The notes beneath the pieces were generated by a model. It did no database searches. It was not told where the DNA came from and saw only the letters and a program-made list of their open reading frames with translations. Made by a program: the position numbers and the translations under genes. From an uncultured Christensenellaceae bacterium (lineage in GTDB: Bacteria; Bacillota; Clostridia; Christensenellales; UBA3700), in contig CALWHF010000003.1 in assembly GCA_944380305.1 (NCBI GenBank), positions 66,317-130,316 of the forward strand: 64,000 nucleotides of DNA, written 5' to 3'. Below are positions 1-10,332 of this stretch, in pieces (position 1 is the stretch's first letter; each line of letters starts with the position of its first letter).

Positions 1-2402
1 CCGCCCTTCTTGCACGCCTCTTTGAGGATATTGTTGCCTTTCTTCGTGCGGTCGGTTATCTCCACGTCCTCGGTATTGACCGCGAGACACTCTCCGTCCA
101 CGAGCTGCAATGCGAAGTCGTACGGCATCGTCACGAGGTCCACGAACACAATGTTGCCGTTCTTCTTCGCGTCGTTTATCGTTACGCCCTTGCGGTAGCG
201 TTTCATGGGTTCGACCGAAGATATGACCACGCGTTTCGCATAGCCGGAATCCGTTACGAGAACTATCTCTCCCTCGCAGTCGTGCTGCGCCGCGAAAATC
301 ACCTCGTCGCCTTCGGAAAGCTGTATGCCCTTTACGCCGCTTGCCTTCTTGCCCTGGCAGGGGATGTCGGCTTCGGCGTTGAGCACCATGCCGTCCTTAG
401 TGACAAAGAGCAGGTATTCGTCCTCGGGATCCACGATCTCGACGCCCACGATCTCGTCGCCATCCTTGAGCACGATAGACGGCGAAACCGTCTTTTTATC
501 GGTCGAATACTCTTTCGCCTCCGTCTTCTTGACCATGCCCTGTTTCGTATAGAAGTACAGTTCCTTGCCCTCGAGTTCGGCGGGCGTATAGACCGCGATG
601 ATCTTCTCGTCGCTGTCCGCGCGCGCTATCTTGTTGACCGCAGTACCGCGGGACTTCCACTTGTCCTCTCCCAGCGAGTCGATGTCGAACACGACCGCAT
701 TGCCCTTTTGAGTAAACGCTATCAGGTTGTAATCGTTGGTCACGTCCATCACTCTCTTGACAAGGTCGGTCGCGCCGCAGTTGACTATGCTCTTCTGCGC
801 CATCGAAAAGGACTTGGGTGCCATGAATTTTATATTGCCCGCCTGCGTCAGGATCAGTTTGCCCGCTCTCTCGAGCTTCGCGTTGACGTCTATCGTAGTG
901 ACCGTAGCGTGATCGGGCGACACTATCGAGGTGCGACGCTTGTCGGCGTATTTCTTCTTGATCTCCAGTATCTCCTTGCGCACGATTGCGAGCTGTCTGC
1001 GCTTGGAAGAAAGGATCTGATCCAGCTCCGCGATCTTCTCCTGAAGTTCGGCGATCTCCGCCTCGAGCTTTTTGGCGTCCACGCGTTTCAGATTCTTGAG
1101 TTTCATCTCGAGGATAGCGACCGCCTGACGCTCGGTAAGATTGAATTCCTGCTTGATCTGCTCTTTCGCCTCGACATCCGTCTCCGCGTTGAGGATTATG
1201 TCCACGACCCTTCTGATGTTGTTGACCGCGATCAGCTTGCCTTGCTGTATGTGCTCCTGCTTGCGCGCTATCGAAACGTCGTACTGACTGCGCTTGTATA
1301 TGACCTGACGCTGGAATTCGACGTAATGCGCTATTATCTCGAGAAGACCCATCAGCTTGGGCTTGCCGTCCGCTATCGCGACCATATTGACGCCGTACGA
1401 ACATTCGAGATTGGTGAATTTGAACAGCGTCGCCAACGCTTTTTCGGCGTTCGTGTCGCGACGCAGCCTTATCACGGCGCGCATGCCGTTTCTGTCAGAC
1501 TCGTCGTTTATCTCCTGTATAAATCCGAACCTGTCCTTTTTCTCCTCTCTCAGCTCGTTTATCTTGGAAAGGAGCATCGCCTTGTTTATCTGATACGGGA
1601 ACTCGGTGATGACGATCAGATCCCTGTCGCCGTCCTTTTCTATGAAAGCGTTGGCTCGCATGGTGATCTTGCCTTTGCCCGTTTCGTACGCCTCTCTTAT
1701 ACCCTCGTTGTTTATCACGATGCCGCCCGTCGGGAAGTCGGGCGCGGGTATGTATTTCATCATCTCGTCGAGCGTTATGCGGCTGTTGTCGATATAAGCG
1801 ACGATACCGTTTATCACCTCGCCGAGGTTATGCGGCGGGATATTGGTCGCGAGACCGACAGCAATGCCCGTGGTGCCGTTTACGAGAAGATTGGGGAATC
1901 TGCAAGGCAGTACGTCGGGTTCTTCGAGACTGTCGTCGAAGTTCAGCGAAAAGCTGACCGTGTCTTTGTCGAGATCTCTCAGCATTTCCATCGCTATCGG
2001 CGCGAGACGCGCCTCGGTATAACGCATCGCCGCCGCGCCGTCGCCGTCCACGCTGCCGAAGTTGCCGTGTCCGTCCACAAGCATCATGCGAGTGTTGAAC
2101 GGCTGCGCGAGCCTTACCATCGCGTCGTATACCGACGAATCGCCGTGCGGGTGGTATTTGCCGAGGCACTCGCCGACTATTCTCGCCGACTTCTTATGCG
2201 GCTTGTCGGGCGTCGTGCCCAGCTCGTTCATCGAGTACAGAATACGCCTCTGAACGGGTTTGAGACCGTCTTCCACCCTCGGCAGAGCACGGTCGAGAAT
2301 GACGTGCTCCGAATACTGCATCATCGACTGATGCATTATGTCCACGAGGTCGTTGTCGAGTATTACGGTCTTGTCCTCAATAGGTTTTCTCTTTTTTGCC
2401 AT
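1..2402 (-). CDS. parC: Type IIA DNA topoisomerase subunit A (ParC-like; 3' end runs off the window)
   Basis: The minus-strand frame is open from the window edge to the ATG at 2402-2400, and it is missing from the ORF track because no stop lies in the window. The N-terminus reads [11 protein letters not shown]...[19 protein letters not shown]...[20 protein letters not shown]...[10 protein letters not shown] (catalytic Tyr motif). PVQRR rather than PVHRR, no visible GyrA box (QRRGGKG) in the C-terminal domain, and a non-origin context favour topo IV over gyrase. The gene symbol is tentative. Confidence 0.85.
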   Translation of the reverse strand, partial: MAKKRKPIEDKTVILDNDLVDIMHQSMMQYSEHVILDRALPRVEDGLKPVQRRILYSMNELGTTPDKPHKKSARIVGECLGKYHPHGDSSVYDAMVRLAQPFNTRMMLVDGHGNFGSVDGDGAAAMRYTEARLAPIAMEMLRDLDKDTVSFSLNFDDSLEEPDVLPCRFPNLLVNGTTGIAVGLATNIPPHNLGEVINGIVAYIDNSRITLDEMMKYIPAPDFPTGGIVINNEGIREAYETGKGKITMRANAFIEKDGDRDLIVITEFPYQINKAMLLSKINELREEKKDRFGFIQEINDESDRNGMRAVIRLRRDTNAEKALATLFKFTNLECSYGVNMVAIADGKPKLMGLLEIIAHYVEFQRQVIYKRSQYDVSIARKQEHIQQGKLIAVNNIRRVVDIILNAETDVEAKEQIKQEFNLTERQAVAILEMKLKNLKRVDAKKLEAEIAELQEKIAELDQILSSKRRQLAIVRKEILEIKKKYADKRRTSIVSPDHATVTTIDVNAKLERAGKLILTQAGNIKFMAPKSFSMAQKSIVNCGATDLVKRVMDVTNDYNLIAFTQKGNAVVFDIDSLGEDKWKSRGTAVNKIARADSDEKIIAVYTPAELEGKELYFYTKQGMVKKTEAKEYSTDKKTVSPSIVLKDGDEIVGVEIVDPEDEYLLFVTKDGMVLNAEADIPCQGKKASGVKGIQLSEGDEVIFAAQHDCEGEIVLVTDSGYAKRVVISSVEPMKRYRKGVTINDAKKNGNIVFVDLVTMPYDFALQLVDGECLAVNTEDVEITDRTKKGNNILKEACKKG

Positions 2403-2421
2403 ATCACGTTTTCCCTTTGCG

Positions 2422-4380
2422 TCAACCCGCTATCTCTTTGAAGCTGTCGACCTTGTTGAAGTTTGCGTTCTCGTTGATGTAACTCTTTCTCGCGTCGATA
2501 TTGTCTCCCATAAGGATCGAGATGAGACTTTCCGCCTCGGACGCGTCGTCTATCGTGACCTTTGTCAGCGTGCGGGTCTCGGGATTCATCGTCGTTTCCC
2601 ACAGCTGCTCGGGATTCATTTCGCCGAGACCTTTGTAGCGTTGCAGAGTGTATCCTCTCGCCGCCGTCTCGAGCATGCTCTTCAGCTCGTCGTCGTCATA
2701 GGCGTACCGCGTGCCGTTCTTGTCCGTTATCTTATACAGAGGCGGCATGCCTATATAGACGTGCCCGTCGGTGATCAGCTCTTTCATATAGCGGTAGAAG
2801 AAGGTCAGCAGTATACACCTTATGTGCGCGCCGTCCTGGTCTGCATCCGCGAGAATGATGACCTTGTTGTACTTGAGTCCTTTTATATCGAAATCCTTGT
2901 AAAATCCAGTGCCCAGAGCGTTTATTATAGACGCCATCTCCTCGTTTTCGAGGATCTGATTCACGCGCTTCTTTTCGGCGTTGAGCGGCTTGCCCTTGAG
3001 AGGCAATATCGCCTGGAAATACCTGTCTCTGCCCTGTTTCGCGCTGCCGCCCGCACTGTCGCCCTCGACGATGAACAGCTCGTTCATCTCCGCTTTCTTG
3101 CCGCTGCAATTGGACAGCTTGCCCACGAGCGCGCTCTGCGTCATGCTGTTGAGCTTGCGCGTCATATCCTTCGCCTGCGCCGCCTTCGTCCTCGCCTTTG
3201 CCGCGACGTCGGCTTTGGCGTATATCGCGTCTATGACCTCTTTCTTCGCCTTGTTGAGGTAATCTTTGAGTGCTTCGGTCAAGAGGTTCTCCACGAGTAT
3301 TTTGATTTCGGGATTGCCGAGCTTAGTTTTGGTCTGACCTTCGAACTGCACGTTCTGCATCTTGATAGCGAGAATAGCGGTCATGCCCTCTCTGAAATCC
3401 TCTCCGAGGAAGTTCTGATCTTTGTCCTTGAGAATGTTTTTCGCTCTCGCGAAGTCATTGAACACCTTTGTATACGCCGATTTGAAGCCCGTTTCGTGCG
3501 TGCCGCCTTCGGTCGTGGGGATATTGTTGACGAAACTGAAAATGCTCTCGTTGTAGCCGTCAGTATGCTGCACGGCAAGCATCACCATGAAATTCTTTGC
3601 CGAACGCTCGACGTATATCGGCTCCTGATACAGCACGACCTTGGAGCTGTTGATATACTTCGCGAAATCGCGCAGACCGCCGTCGTAGCAGTAACTCACC
3701 GACTTGTAATGCCCGTTCTCATCGGTATCTCTCAGGTCCGTCAGCGTAATGGTCATGCCGCCGTTGAGGAACGCAAGTTCTTTTATTCGCTTGGAAATGA
3801 CCTCGTAGGAGAATTTTTCGTTTGCGAACACGCGCGGATCGGGAAGAAACTGCACGAACGTGCCCTTTTCCTTTTTATCGCAGGGCTTTTCGGTGAGTTT
3901 CGTCTTGACCGCGCCGCTGATTATCTTGCCGTCCACCTCGTGGGAATGGAATTCCTGCGTATACTCCGTGCCGTTCTTGTACACCTTGACCGTCAGCCAT
4001 TCGCTGAGCGCGTTGGTGACCGACGCGCCGACGCCGTGCAGACCGCCCGAAAAACCGTAGTTGTTCGAGTCGAATTTGCCGCCCGCGTGCAGTTTCGTGA
4101 ACACGAGCTCGACGCCCGAAATGCCGTACTTCGGGTGTATATCGACGGGGATACCTCTGCCGTTGTCGCGCACGCTGACGCTATTGTCGGGATATACGAC
4201 TATGTCGATGCGGTCGCCGTAACCGTTGGCTACTTCGTCGATGCCGTTATCGACGATCTCCCAAAGGATATGGTGCATACCCTTGCTGCCCGTCGTACCG
4301 ATGTACATGCCCGGTCTGACGCGTACCGCCTCGAGACCTTCGAGTACTTGCAGATCTTTGGAATCGTAGGTGTTTTTCAT
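2422..4380 (-). CDS. parE: Type IIA DNA topoisomerase subunit B (ParE-like ATPase subunit)
   Basis: The 652-aa ORF reads [28 protein letters not shown]...[14 protein letters not shown]...DNGRGIPVD...LHAGGKF, with a TOPRIM segment [20 protein letters not shown] and a C-terminal YKGLGEM. An AAGGAGA Shine-Dalgarno site precedes the ATG, and the gene ends 19 nt upstream of the subunit A gene. The gyrB versus parE assignment is tentative. Confidence 0.85.
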   Translation of the reverse strand: MKNTYDSKDLQVLEGLEAVRVRPGMYIGTTGSKGMHHILWEIVDNGIDEVANGYGDRIDIVVYPDNSVSVRDNGRGIPVDIHPKYGISGVELVFTKLHAGGKFDSNNYGFSGGLHGVGASVTNALSEWLTVKVYKNGTEYTQEFHSHEVDGKIISGAVKTKLTEKPCDKKEKGTFVQFLPDPRVFANEKFSYEVISKRIKELAFLNGGMTITLTDLRDTDENGHYKSVSYCYDGGLRDFAKYINSSKVVLYQEPIYVERSAKNFMVMLAVQHTDGYNESIFSFVNNIPTTEGGTHETGFKSAYTKVFNDFARAKNILKDKDQNFLGEDFREGMTAILAIKMQNVQFEGQTKTKLGNPEIKILVENLLTEALKDYLNKAKKEVIDAIYAKADVAAKARTKAAQAKDMTRKLNSMTQSALVGKLSNCSGKKAEMNELFIVEGDSAGGSAKQGRDRYFQAILPLKGKPLNAEKKRVNQILENEEMASIINALGTGFYKDFDIKGLKYNKVIILADADQDGAHIRCILLTFFYRYMKELITDGHVYIGMPPLYKITDKNGTRYAYDDDELKSMLETAARGYTLQRYKGLGEMNPEQLWETTMNPETRTLTKVTIDDASEAESLISILMGDNIDARKSYINENANFNKVDSFKEIAG

Positions 4381-4483
4381 CTTCTCTCCTTAGTTTGCGA
4401 CGCGCATGCGCGCGCCTGATGCCCGCGCCGTGACCGCGGGCGTCGCTTTCGTATCGTCTCTCCGCAGCCGACGCCGCGGAAGT

Positions 4484-5416
4484 TCATTTCGTATTCTCGT
4501 AAATCCTGAGACAGGTCTCCACGAAGTCGTTGACGTCGGAATAGACCTCTTCTTTGTTGATCTCGTTGAGTATCTCGTGACGCGCTTCGGGATACAGTTT
4601 CATCGACACCGCGCCCAGCCCCGCGTCGATGTACTTCTCGTACAATTTGCTGACGAGTTTGCCGTTTCCTCCGACGGGATCGCGGTCGCCGCTTATGATG
4701 AACACGGGAAGATCCTTGCGGATATTGCTGAGATTTTTAGAGCGGTATATCTTGCAAAGAGCCTTGAAGAAGGACTTGTAAAAACCGAGCGAAAGCGTGA
4801 AATTGCACATCGGATCGGCAAGATACTTCTCCCTCTCGGCGTCGTCGCGGTTGCCCCATGCGAATTTCTTGTTTTCGCCTATAAACTGTGCGTCGTACGC
4901 GCCGAAAGACATCTTGCGTATCAGTTTTGCCTCGGCGTCCTTGCCGTACAGAGCGTGCTGAAGAGCCGAAAGCACCTTTCCCGCCTTGACGTCCGCACCG
5001 TTCTGGCACGCGCTGCCGCACAGCACCGCTCCCGCTATCACGCCGCTGTTGCGCTGTATATACGCCTGCGCGAGAAAAGATCCGTAACTGTGTCCGAAGA
5101 TTATTATCGGCAGCCTGTAGGTGTCTTCGGCATACTTTGTGATCAGTATCTCGTCCTGAACGGTATCGAAAAAGCAGTCTCCGTCGGGAACTTTGCCCAG
5201 ATTGCTCGCTCCCGCCGTTTTGCCGTGTCCTCTGTGATCGTCGCCGAGCACTATGTATCCTTTTGAATTGAGATAACGGGCGAAATCGTCGTATCTTGCT
5301 ATATGTTCCGCCATGCCGTGAAGTATCTGAACGACCGCAACGGGATTTTCAGCCTCGTCCCATACCGCCAGATTGAGTTTATAATCTTTATATCCGTAGA
5401 AAATAATTTCCTTCAT
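4484..5416 (-). CDS. Alpha/beta hydrolase (lysophospholipase / monoacylglycerol lipase-like)
   Basis: HGMAEHIARYDDFARYLNSKGYIVLGDDHRGHGKT plus the nucleophile elbow GHSYGSF are present. The start is set at MKEIIFYG (ATG 5416) because GGTGAGGA lies just upstream. The longer track ORF extending to 5494 has no support. Confidence 0.75.
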   Translation of the reverse strand: MKEIIFYGYKDYKLNLAVWDEAENPVAVVQILHGMAEHIARYDDFARYLNSKGYIVLGDDHRGHGKTAGASNLGKVPDGDCFFDTVQDEILITKYAEDTYRLPIIIFGHSYGSFLAQAYIQRNSGVIAGAVLCGSACQNGADVKAGKVLSALQHALYGKDAEAKLIRKMSFGAYDAQFIGENKKFAWGNRDDAEREKYLADPMCNFTLSLGFYKSFFKALCKIYRSKNLSNIRKDLPVFIISGDRDPVGGNGKLVSKLYEKYIDAGLGAVSMKLYPEARHEILNEINKEEVYSDVNDFVETCLRIYENTK

Positions 5417-5699
5417 AATATCCTCACCACTATATATTGGGGGAATTCTCCCCTTTATACATGTAATTATACTATATATTGCGGTTTTAATCAAGCATAA
5501 TTTATAATATTATAATATTATTTCATATTATGCTTTCAAAACCGACGGGAAACCGCCTGATTTTCAGGTTTTAACCCCTGTTTTCCTACTGCCCGAAGAA
5601 AAATTCCCGGACGAAAACGCCTGCATCCGCTTTGCATATCGGGTATATTTTCGCGGTTTATGGACATATATTTGTTTGAATAATTTTGCGGAGAACACT

Positions 5700-6734
5700 A
5701 TGAAAATCGTACTTACGGGCGGCGGCACCGCGGGGCACGTCATGCCGAACATGGCTCTGCTCCCCTATCTTAAAAGAGATTTCGACGATATTATCTATAT
5801 CGGAAGCAAAGACGGTATCGAAAAGAAGATCTGTGCCGAACACGGCGTTACCTTCTACGACACGGATACGGTAAAGCTGAGACGCGACGCGTTGTTTTCA
5901 AACGCCGCCGTTCCGTTCAGGCTTGTAAATTGCGTGAAATCAGCGAAAAAACTTCTCAAAGATATTTCTCCCGACGTCGTGTTTTCCAAAGGCGGATACG
6001 TCGCACTGCCCGTCTGTCTTGCCGCGAGATCGCTGAAGATCCCTGTAGTCACGCACGAATCGGACATGACGCTCGGGCTTGCAAACAGGATAACTTCACG
6101 CTTTGCGGCACTGACGCTGACGTCGCACTCCTCGACCAAGGCGAAAAATGCTCTCTGCGTTGGAAATCCGATAAGAGACGAGTTGTTCGACGCGGACGGT
6201 GCGGGAGTAGCGAAAAAATACGGCTTGCCGTGCAAAAAACCGTTGCTGCTGGTCATAGGAGGCTCGGCGGGATCAACAGCCCTGAACGACCTGATATATT
6301 CGTGTCTCGACAGTCTTCTCGAGCGTTACGAAATAATACATCTGACGGGAAAGAATGCAGAAAACATCGAAAAAAAGGGATATTTTCACAAGCCGTACGC
6401 CGACGACGTATTCGATCTGTACGCCGCGGCAGCCGTGATAATTTCACGCGCGGGCGCAAACGCCGTCAGGGAGATCTCGGCTCTCGGCAAACGCGTTCTC
6501 TATATTCCCCTGCCCAAGGCCGCCTCGAGAGGAGACCAGATACTCAACGCGAAACAGGCGGTATCGAAAGGACAAGGCGCGATGCTCGAACAGGAAAACG
6601 CCTCCAAAGCAAAACTTCTGTCCGCACTCGACTACCTTTTCTCTTGCCCTCCCCCAAAACCTTCGGTCGACGCGGACGCAAACGCCAGGATCGCGGGGAT
6701 TCTCGCCAACGTCGTAAAAAGCAAAACGCCGTGA
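5700..6734 (+). CDS. murG: Undecaprenyldiphospho-muramoylpentapeptide beta-N-acetylglucosaminyltransferase
   Basis: MKIVLTGGGTAGHVMPNMALLP... is the typical MurG N-terminal G-loop, and the C-terminal half has SRAGANAVREI. The start at 5700 is preceded by GGAGA. Confidence 0.9.
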   Translation: MKIVLTGGGTAGHVMPNMALLPYLKRDFDDIIYIGSKDGIEKKICAEHGVTFYDTDTVKLRRDALFSNAAVPFRLVNCVKSAKKLLKDISPDVVFSKGGYVALPVCLAARSLKIPVVTHESDMTLGLANRITSRFAALTLTSHSSTKAKNALCVGNPIRDELFDADGAGVAKKYGLPCKKPLLLVIGGSAGSTALNDLIYSCLDSLLERYEIIHLTGKNAENIEKKGYFHKPYADDVFDLYAAAAVIISRAGANAVREISALGKRVLYIPLPKAASRGDQILNAKQAVSKGQGAMLEQENASKAKLLSALDYLFSCPPPKPSVDADANARIAGILANVVKSKTP

Positions 6735-6845
6735 CTTTTACGATCGCCAGACGACGGACTCTGTCGCCGTGACGGCGCAAATCGGAAACGCGTCAGGCAG
6801 AAAATCCGTCCGCAATATAATACTTTTCAAAAGGCATGCGAACAA

Positions 6846-6877
6846 TAAAAAAGGCGGCATCGGAAATGCCGCCTTTT
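6846..6877. terminator. Bidirectional rho-independent terminator between murG and the phage-like cassette
   Basis: The stem GGCGGCAT (6853-6860) pairs with ATGCCGCC (6866-6873). An A-run precedes it and a T-run follows, so it can terminate transcription on both strands. Confidence 0.8.
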
Positions 6878-6889
6878 CATTATTTATAA

Positions 6890-7171
6890 TTAGTTTTTAG
6901 TATTATCTATTATTTTATCGATAATATCGGCAAATTCACCCGCAGCGTTTTCTTCGCTTTTGCCAGCATTCGTTTCAGATTCCGCGCTGCTCTCGGTCTG
7001 CTTGTCGGGCGGCTTTACTATAAAACCGCTCACCGCGAGAAACCCGAGGAAAGCCGTGGTCAGCTCCTGCAGATAGGGTATCTCTCTCGTAAACCCTACC
7101 GCCTGCAATACGAGCATCAGTGCGCTCGCCACAGCCATCCAGAAATCGTAGGACTTTATCTTTTCTTTCAT
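6890..7171 (-). CDS. Phage holin (phi-LC3/LL-H-like, two TM helices)
   Basis: The 93-aa product MKEKIKSYDFWMAVASALMLVLQAVGF...AFLGFLAVSGFIVKPPDK has an acidic tail. GGAGG precedes the ATG at 7171. The start overlaps the upstream gene's stop by 4 nt. Confidence 0.65.
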   Translation of the reverse strand: MKEKIKSYDFWMAVASALMLVLQAVGFTREIPYLQELTTAFLGFLAVSGFIVKPPDKQTESSAESETNAGKSEENAAGEFADIIDKIIDNTKN

Positions 7172-7437
7172 ACTGCCTCCTTCAGTGATCCCGAGAGGAC
7201 GTCGTCGTCCTCGTCGGTAGTTTCGTCGGACAGAGCCGACCTCACGTCTCTTTTTATTTCTTCCACGTCTTTCGCCACTACCCTGATGCAGGTCAGGCTG
7301 TCGCCGAGAGACGCTATCGTATCCTGATATTTCCGTTCTCTCGTCCTGCTGTCCTTGAGTTCGAAGACGAGGAGCAGGCAAAAAAGTACCGCCCACGCGC
7401 CGTTGGCGATCACGGTCTCTATCGCACTCTCCCACAT
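7168..7437 (-). CDS. BhlA/UviB-family holin-like peptide
   Basis: MWESAIETVIANGAWAVLFCLLLVFELKDSRTRERKYQD...DVEEIKRDV matches the BhlA pattern of a single N-terminal TM helix followed by a charged helix. The start is set at ATG 7437, 8 nt after AGGAGG, rather than at the GTG at 7446. Confidence 0.65.
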   Translation of the reverse strand: MWESAIETVIANGAWAVLFCLLLVFELKDSRTRERKYQDTIASLGDSLTCIRVVAKDVEEIKRDVRSALSDETTDEDDDVLSGSLKEAV

Positions 7438-7449
7438 TGTCGTCACCTC

Positions 7450-8439
7450 CTATTTCGCGCCGCTTGACGCCTTGACGTATCTCGCGAGCAGATTCATGTA
7501 CTCGTAACCGAGATATGCCTGAAGATACTGGTTGTTATACACCATTTCCCTTGCCGTCGCGGGATCGAGCGTGTCGTAGAAATCTATCGCCAGGTTCAGC
7601 CTCTCGGAATAATCGTCGGCTTTCTCTCCTATGTATCCGTACAGCTTTTCGTATTCCGCCTGCTGATAGTCAGCCTCCATCTGTCTCTTCACGTCGTCCT
7701 GTATCGCCTTTTCGCGCCCGAGCTTGTAATCCGCGAGCTGTTTCTCGATCTTGTTGTTGTACTCCTGTATGGACTTTATCTCTTTGTCTCTCTTCGAGAT
7801 CAGATCTTCTATCTCGGTCGATATTTTCACAACGTATTCAGCGTTGAGGTCGTCGATCGCCGCCTGAAGTTCGTTGTTGAGCCCGTCTATCTGCGTCTGA
7901 TATTTTTTCGCGACCGCGTCTGCGTCCGCCTTTGCCTCGGCTATCATACTCTTTGCCTGCGCGTCAGCGTCCTCGCCGATAAGCATGCTTATGGAAGAAC
8001 GCGAAAGTCCGTTTTCGACTATCTTGTCTTCGTTCTGCTTTTTGGTCTTTTCGAGCGACGCGAGTATCTCTTTTTCAGTCTTTTCGTAATCGTCGTACGC
8101 CTGTTCGGTCTTGTTGCTAAGCTCTGCCGTCTTGTTCGCGGTATCCGCTTCGAGTACTTTTTTCTCCCCCTCGAGCTTGCCCGTATTTTCGGCTGTGACC
8201 CTGTTTCTTATCTCGTCCTCGCTCTCGCCTTCGTAGGTCTTGTATTCGTATTCGATCTCTTCGGGCAATGCGTCTTCTGCCGCCTGCTTTCTCTGTTCGA
8301 GCTCTTTCTGTCTGTACGCGGTGTGCATCTCCTTGAGTTTGGCGACAAGGTCTTCTTCGGTCTCGATTTTTGCAGGCTCTTTTCTGAACTCGGTCCCGGT
8401 ATCCAGCGCCAATTTGTGTGAAAATTTGTTGCTTACCAT
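7450..8439 (-). CDS. Phage coiled-coil protein (position of a tail plug/needle or ejection protein)
   Basis: The 329-aa protein is extremely E/K/D/A-rich and heptad-like over most of its length, with a short aromatic C-terminal domain. The function is inferred only from gene order. Confidence 0.4.
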   Translation of the reverse strand: MVSNKFSHKLALDTGTEFRKEPAKIETEEDLVAKLKEMHTAYRQKELEQRKQAAEDALPEEIEYEYKTYEGESEDEIRNRVTAENTGKLEGEKKVLEADTANKTAELSNKTEQAYDDYEKTEKEILASLEKTKKQNEDKIVENGLSRSSISMLIGEDADAQAKSMIAEAKADADAVAKKYQTQIDGLNNELQAAIDDLNAEYVVKISTEIEDLISKRDKEIKSIQEYNNKIEKQLADYKLGREKAIQDDVKRQMEADYQQAEYEKLYGYIGEKADDYSERLNLAIDFYDTLDPATAREMVYNNQYLQAYLGYEYMNLLARYVKASSGAK

Positions 8440-8515
8440 CTGCTTCCCCCCGATAAAATGTAGTAGTTGTATCTTGCGAAGATCTTTCTCAATCTCCTCT
8501 GTGCTCTCGTCAGTC

Positions 8516-8872
8516 TCATATCCTCAGCACTCCTTTCGCGGTAACGCGTATCCTGACGTCGGTCGCTCCGACGTCTGTCGAGAGAGACAGAACGTGTTTG
8601 CCCTTGCCGAGCCCTCCTATCTCTCTTATCCATATCCCGTTCTCGAACGAGTCGATCAGCTCCTCGTCCATAAACACCTTTATCCCGCCGTTGTCTCCGA
8701 AGACGTCTATCTCGACGCAAATCCTGCCGTTGCAACGGAGGGTTATCGCGTGCGGCGTATCCGCCCCGAGTTTTTGCAGCACGTCAACGAATTCGACGAC
8801 TTTCGTATCGCTCAGTTGCTGTGCGAGTTCGAGCGCGCTCCTCGCAGTTATTTCCAGTCTCTGATAGTTCAT
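8516..8872 (-). CDS. Hypothetical phage structural protein (118 aa)
   Basis: The product begins MNYQRLEITARSALELAQQL.... Its ATG overlaps the upstream stop as ATGA at 8870-8874. No family was recognised. Confidence 0.5.
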   Translation of the reverse strand: MNYQRLEITARSALELAQQLSDTKVVEFVDVLQKLGADTPHAITLRCNGRICVEIDVFGDNGGIKVFMDEELIDSFENGIWIREIGGLGKGKHVLSLSTDVGATDVRIRVTAKGVLRI

Positions 8873-10332
8873 CAACACCTCTCGTAAAACTCTACCGTAA
8901 CGCCTATCGGTCCTATCCTGACAGTATTGCCGGAAACCGCGATATAGAAATCGAAACGTCTGCCCGCGATACCGACAGGCACCACGTTGCTGCCTTTTTT
9001 GCATGCGATCTCTCTGACCCGTCCGTCCGCGACTATGCCCAGAATAAACGGATCGTCCGCATTCGAATCGACGTTGACGATAGTTTTGATCTCGGAATTG
9101 TCGCCGAAATCTATCCCGTTCACGCGCCAGTACCTTTGCGGTATCGCGCCGTCAAACGATATGTCCCTTTCTGCGCCGCAAACGTAACTGCCGTTTTTTA
9201 TCTTCAACACGAGCTTGTTGACGTAAGGCGTTTTCAGCGCGAGCATGTCGGTTATGCGGGTCCCTCTGTATATCTCGGTCACGCCGTTTTTCAGATCGGC
9301 TATCGCAAGCACGTTGTATTCCGATCCGTCTGCAACGTAGGCCCCTCTTCCGTCGTCGAACTTCTGCGCCATGAGCACATAGTATTTGTCCTCGAAGTAT
9401 ACCGCCTTGACCTTCTTCGCCTCCTTTATCACGTCATCGAACCTGTCCGTCAGACGCGTGACGTCGTATCCGTCAAACGAGAAAATACCGCTGCTCGACA
9501 CGAAAAATACGGACGAGCCGCATACGCTGACCGAATCTTTGCATATCATACCCGTATCCGAATAGACGCGTTTGAGCGAAAACTCGGTCTGATCCGAATA
9601 CGCGGTCAGTCTGTATATCCCGAATTCGCAGAAGATGTAGAGATTGTCGTTGAAGCTGACGACGCGGAGCACGTTGCCCGCAAGCCCGTCCGTCTCGATG
9701 TAGCCGCCTTCTTCGAGCGACACGTTCCAGTTGTACGGGTCGAACGCGTCCGAAAACCATACCGAAGGTCTCACCCCGTCCACGACGGCGTATACGCGCT
9801 CGTAGTGAGTACACAGGTCTGTCACGCGCAATGCGTCCGCGACGAACTCAAACTTGTCCGCCGACATGACGTATATCCCCGATCCGCCTCCCGCGAGCAT
9901 TGCGATATATTTTCCGTTATGGACGTAGTTGACCGCCGACGTGAATTGCCTGTCGCTGATGTCTTCCGACCACGATTTACCTCCGGGGATGACGAAAACG
10001 TAGCCCAGCTTGTCTTTCGACGAAAGTCCCAGACAGTAATATATGCCGTTTTCGTCGCTTAGCGTAAACGAAAGAAGAACGCCGTCCTCGTACCCTTCGG
10101 GGATCGGATCTATGCCCGTCGCGATATTTCCCGAAACGTCGGGCAGCAGCAATCTTTCATAGCCGAATCCCGTTGTCAGTTCTCCTTTTTCGAAACCGAA
10201 ATTATAAACCTCGTCGCAGTAGTCGCACGGCAATGTGTTCGGACTCGCCTTTTCGTCGAATCCCTTGAACGACGACAACAGAAATCTCCTTTTGGACGGT
10301 CTGTCGGTAGAAAACCTCTTCTCGTAGAACAT
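8872..10332 (-). CDS. Phage structural protein, beta-propeller-like repeats (position of a P22 gp10-like tail hub / DNA-stabilisation protein)
   Basis: The 486-aa protein has recurring blade-like segments (LYIFCEFGIYRL, VFFVSSSGIFSFDG, KYYVLMAQ). The start is set at ATG 10332, 8 nt after GGAGG, and it shares one base with the upstream TGA. The function is tentative. Confidence 0.45.
   Translation of the reverse strand: MFYEKRFSTDRPSKRRFLLSSFKGFDEKASPNTLPCDYCDEVYNFGFEKGELTTGFGYERLLLPDVSGNIATGIDPIPEGYEDGVLLSFTLSDENGIYYCLGLSSKDKLGYVFVIPGGKSWSEDISDRQFTSAVNYVHNGKYIAMLAGGGSGIYVMSADKFEFVADALRVTDLCTHYERVYAVVDGVRPSVWFSDAFDPYNWNVSLEEGGYIETDGLAGNVLRVVSFNDNLYIFCEFGIYRLTAYSDQTEFSLKRVYSDTGMICKDSVSVCGSSVFFVSSSGIFSFDGYDVTRLTDRFDDVIKEAKKVKAVYFEDKYYVLMAQKFDDGRGAYVADGSEYNVLAIADLKNGVTEIYRGTRITDMLALKTPYVNKLVLKIKNGSYVCGAERDISFDGAIPQRYWRVNGIDFGDNSEIKTIVNVDSNADDPFILGIVADGRVREIACKKGSNVVPVGIAGRRFDFYIAVSGNTVRIGPIGVTVEFYERC

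Noticed and set aside
282-2441. Very long plus-strand ORF (719 aa), together with similar ones at 2338-4419, 8821-10062, 13200-14294, 21218-22990, 29115-30128, 37352-38551, 49415-50668 and 59528-60919, and the minus-strand ORF at 35104-36303.
   Set aside because: Each lies antisense to a gene with unmistakable conserved motifs (topoisomerases, IleRS, AHAS, PGI, ProA and others). Their translations are low-complexity and rich in R, V, D and L, with no recognisable domains. They are shadow ORFs caused by codon bias on the opposite strand.
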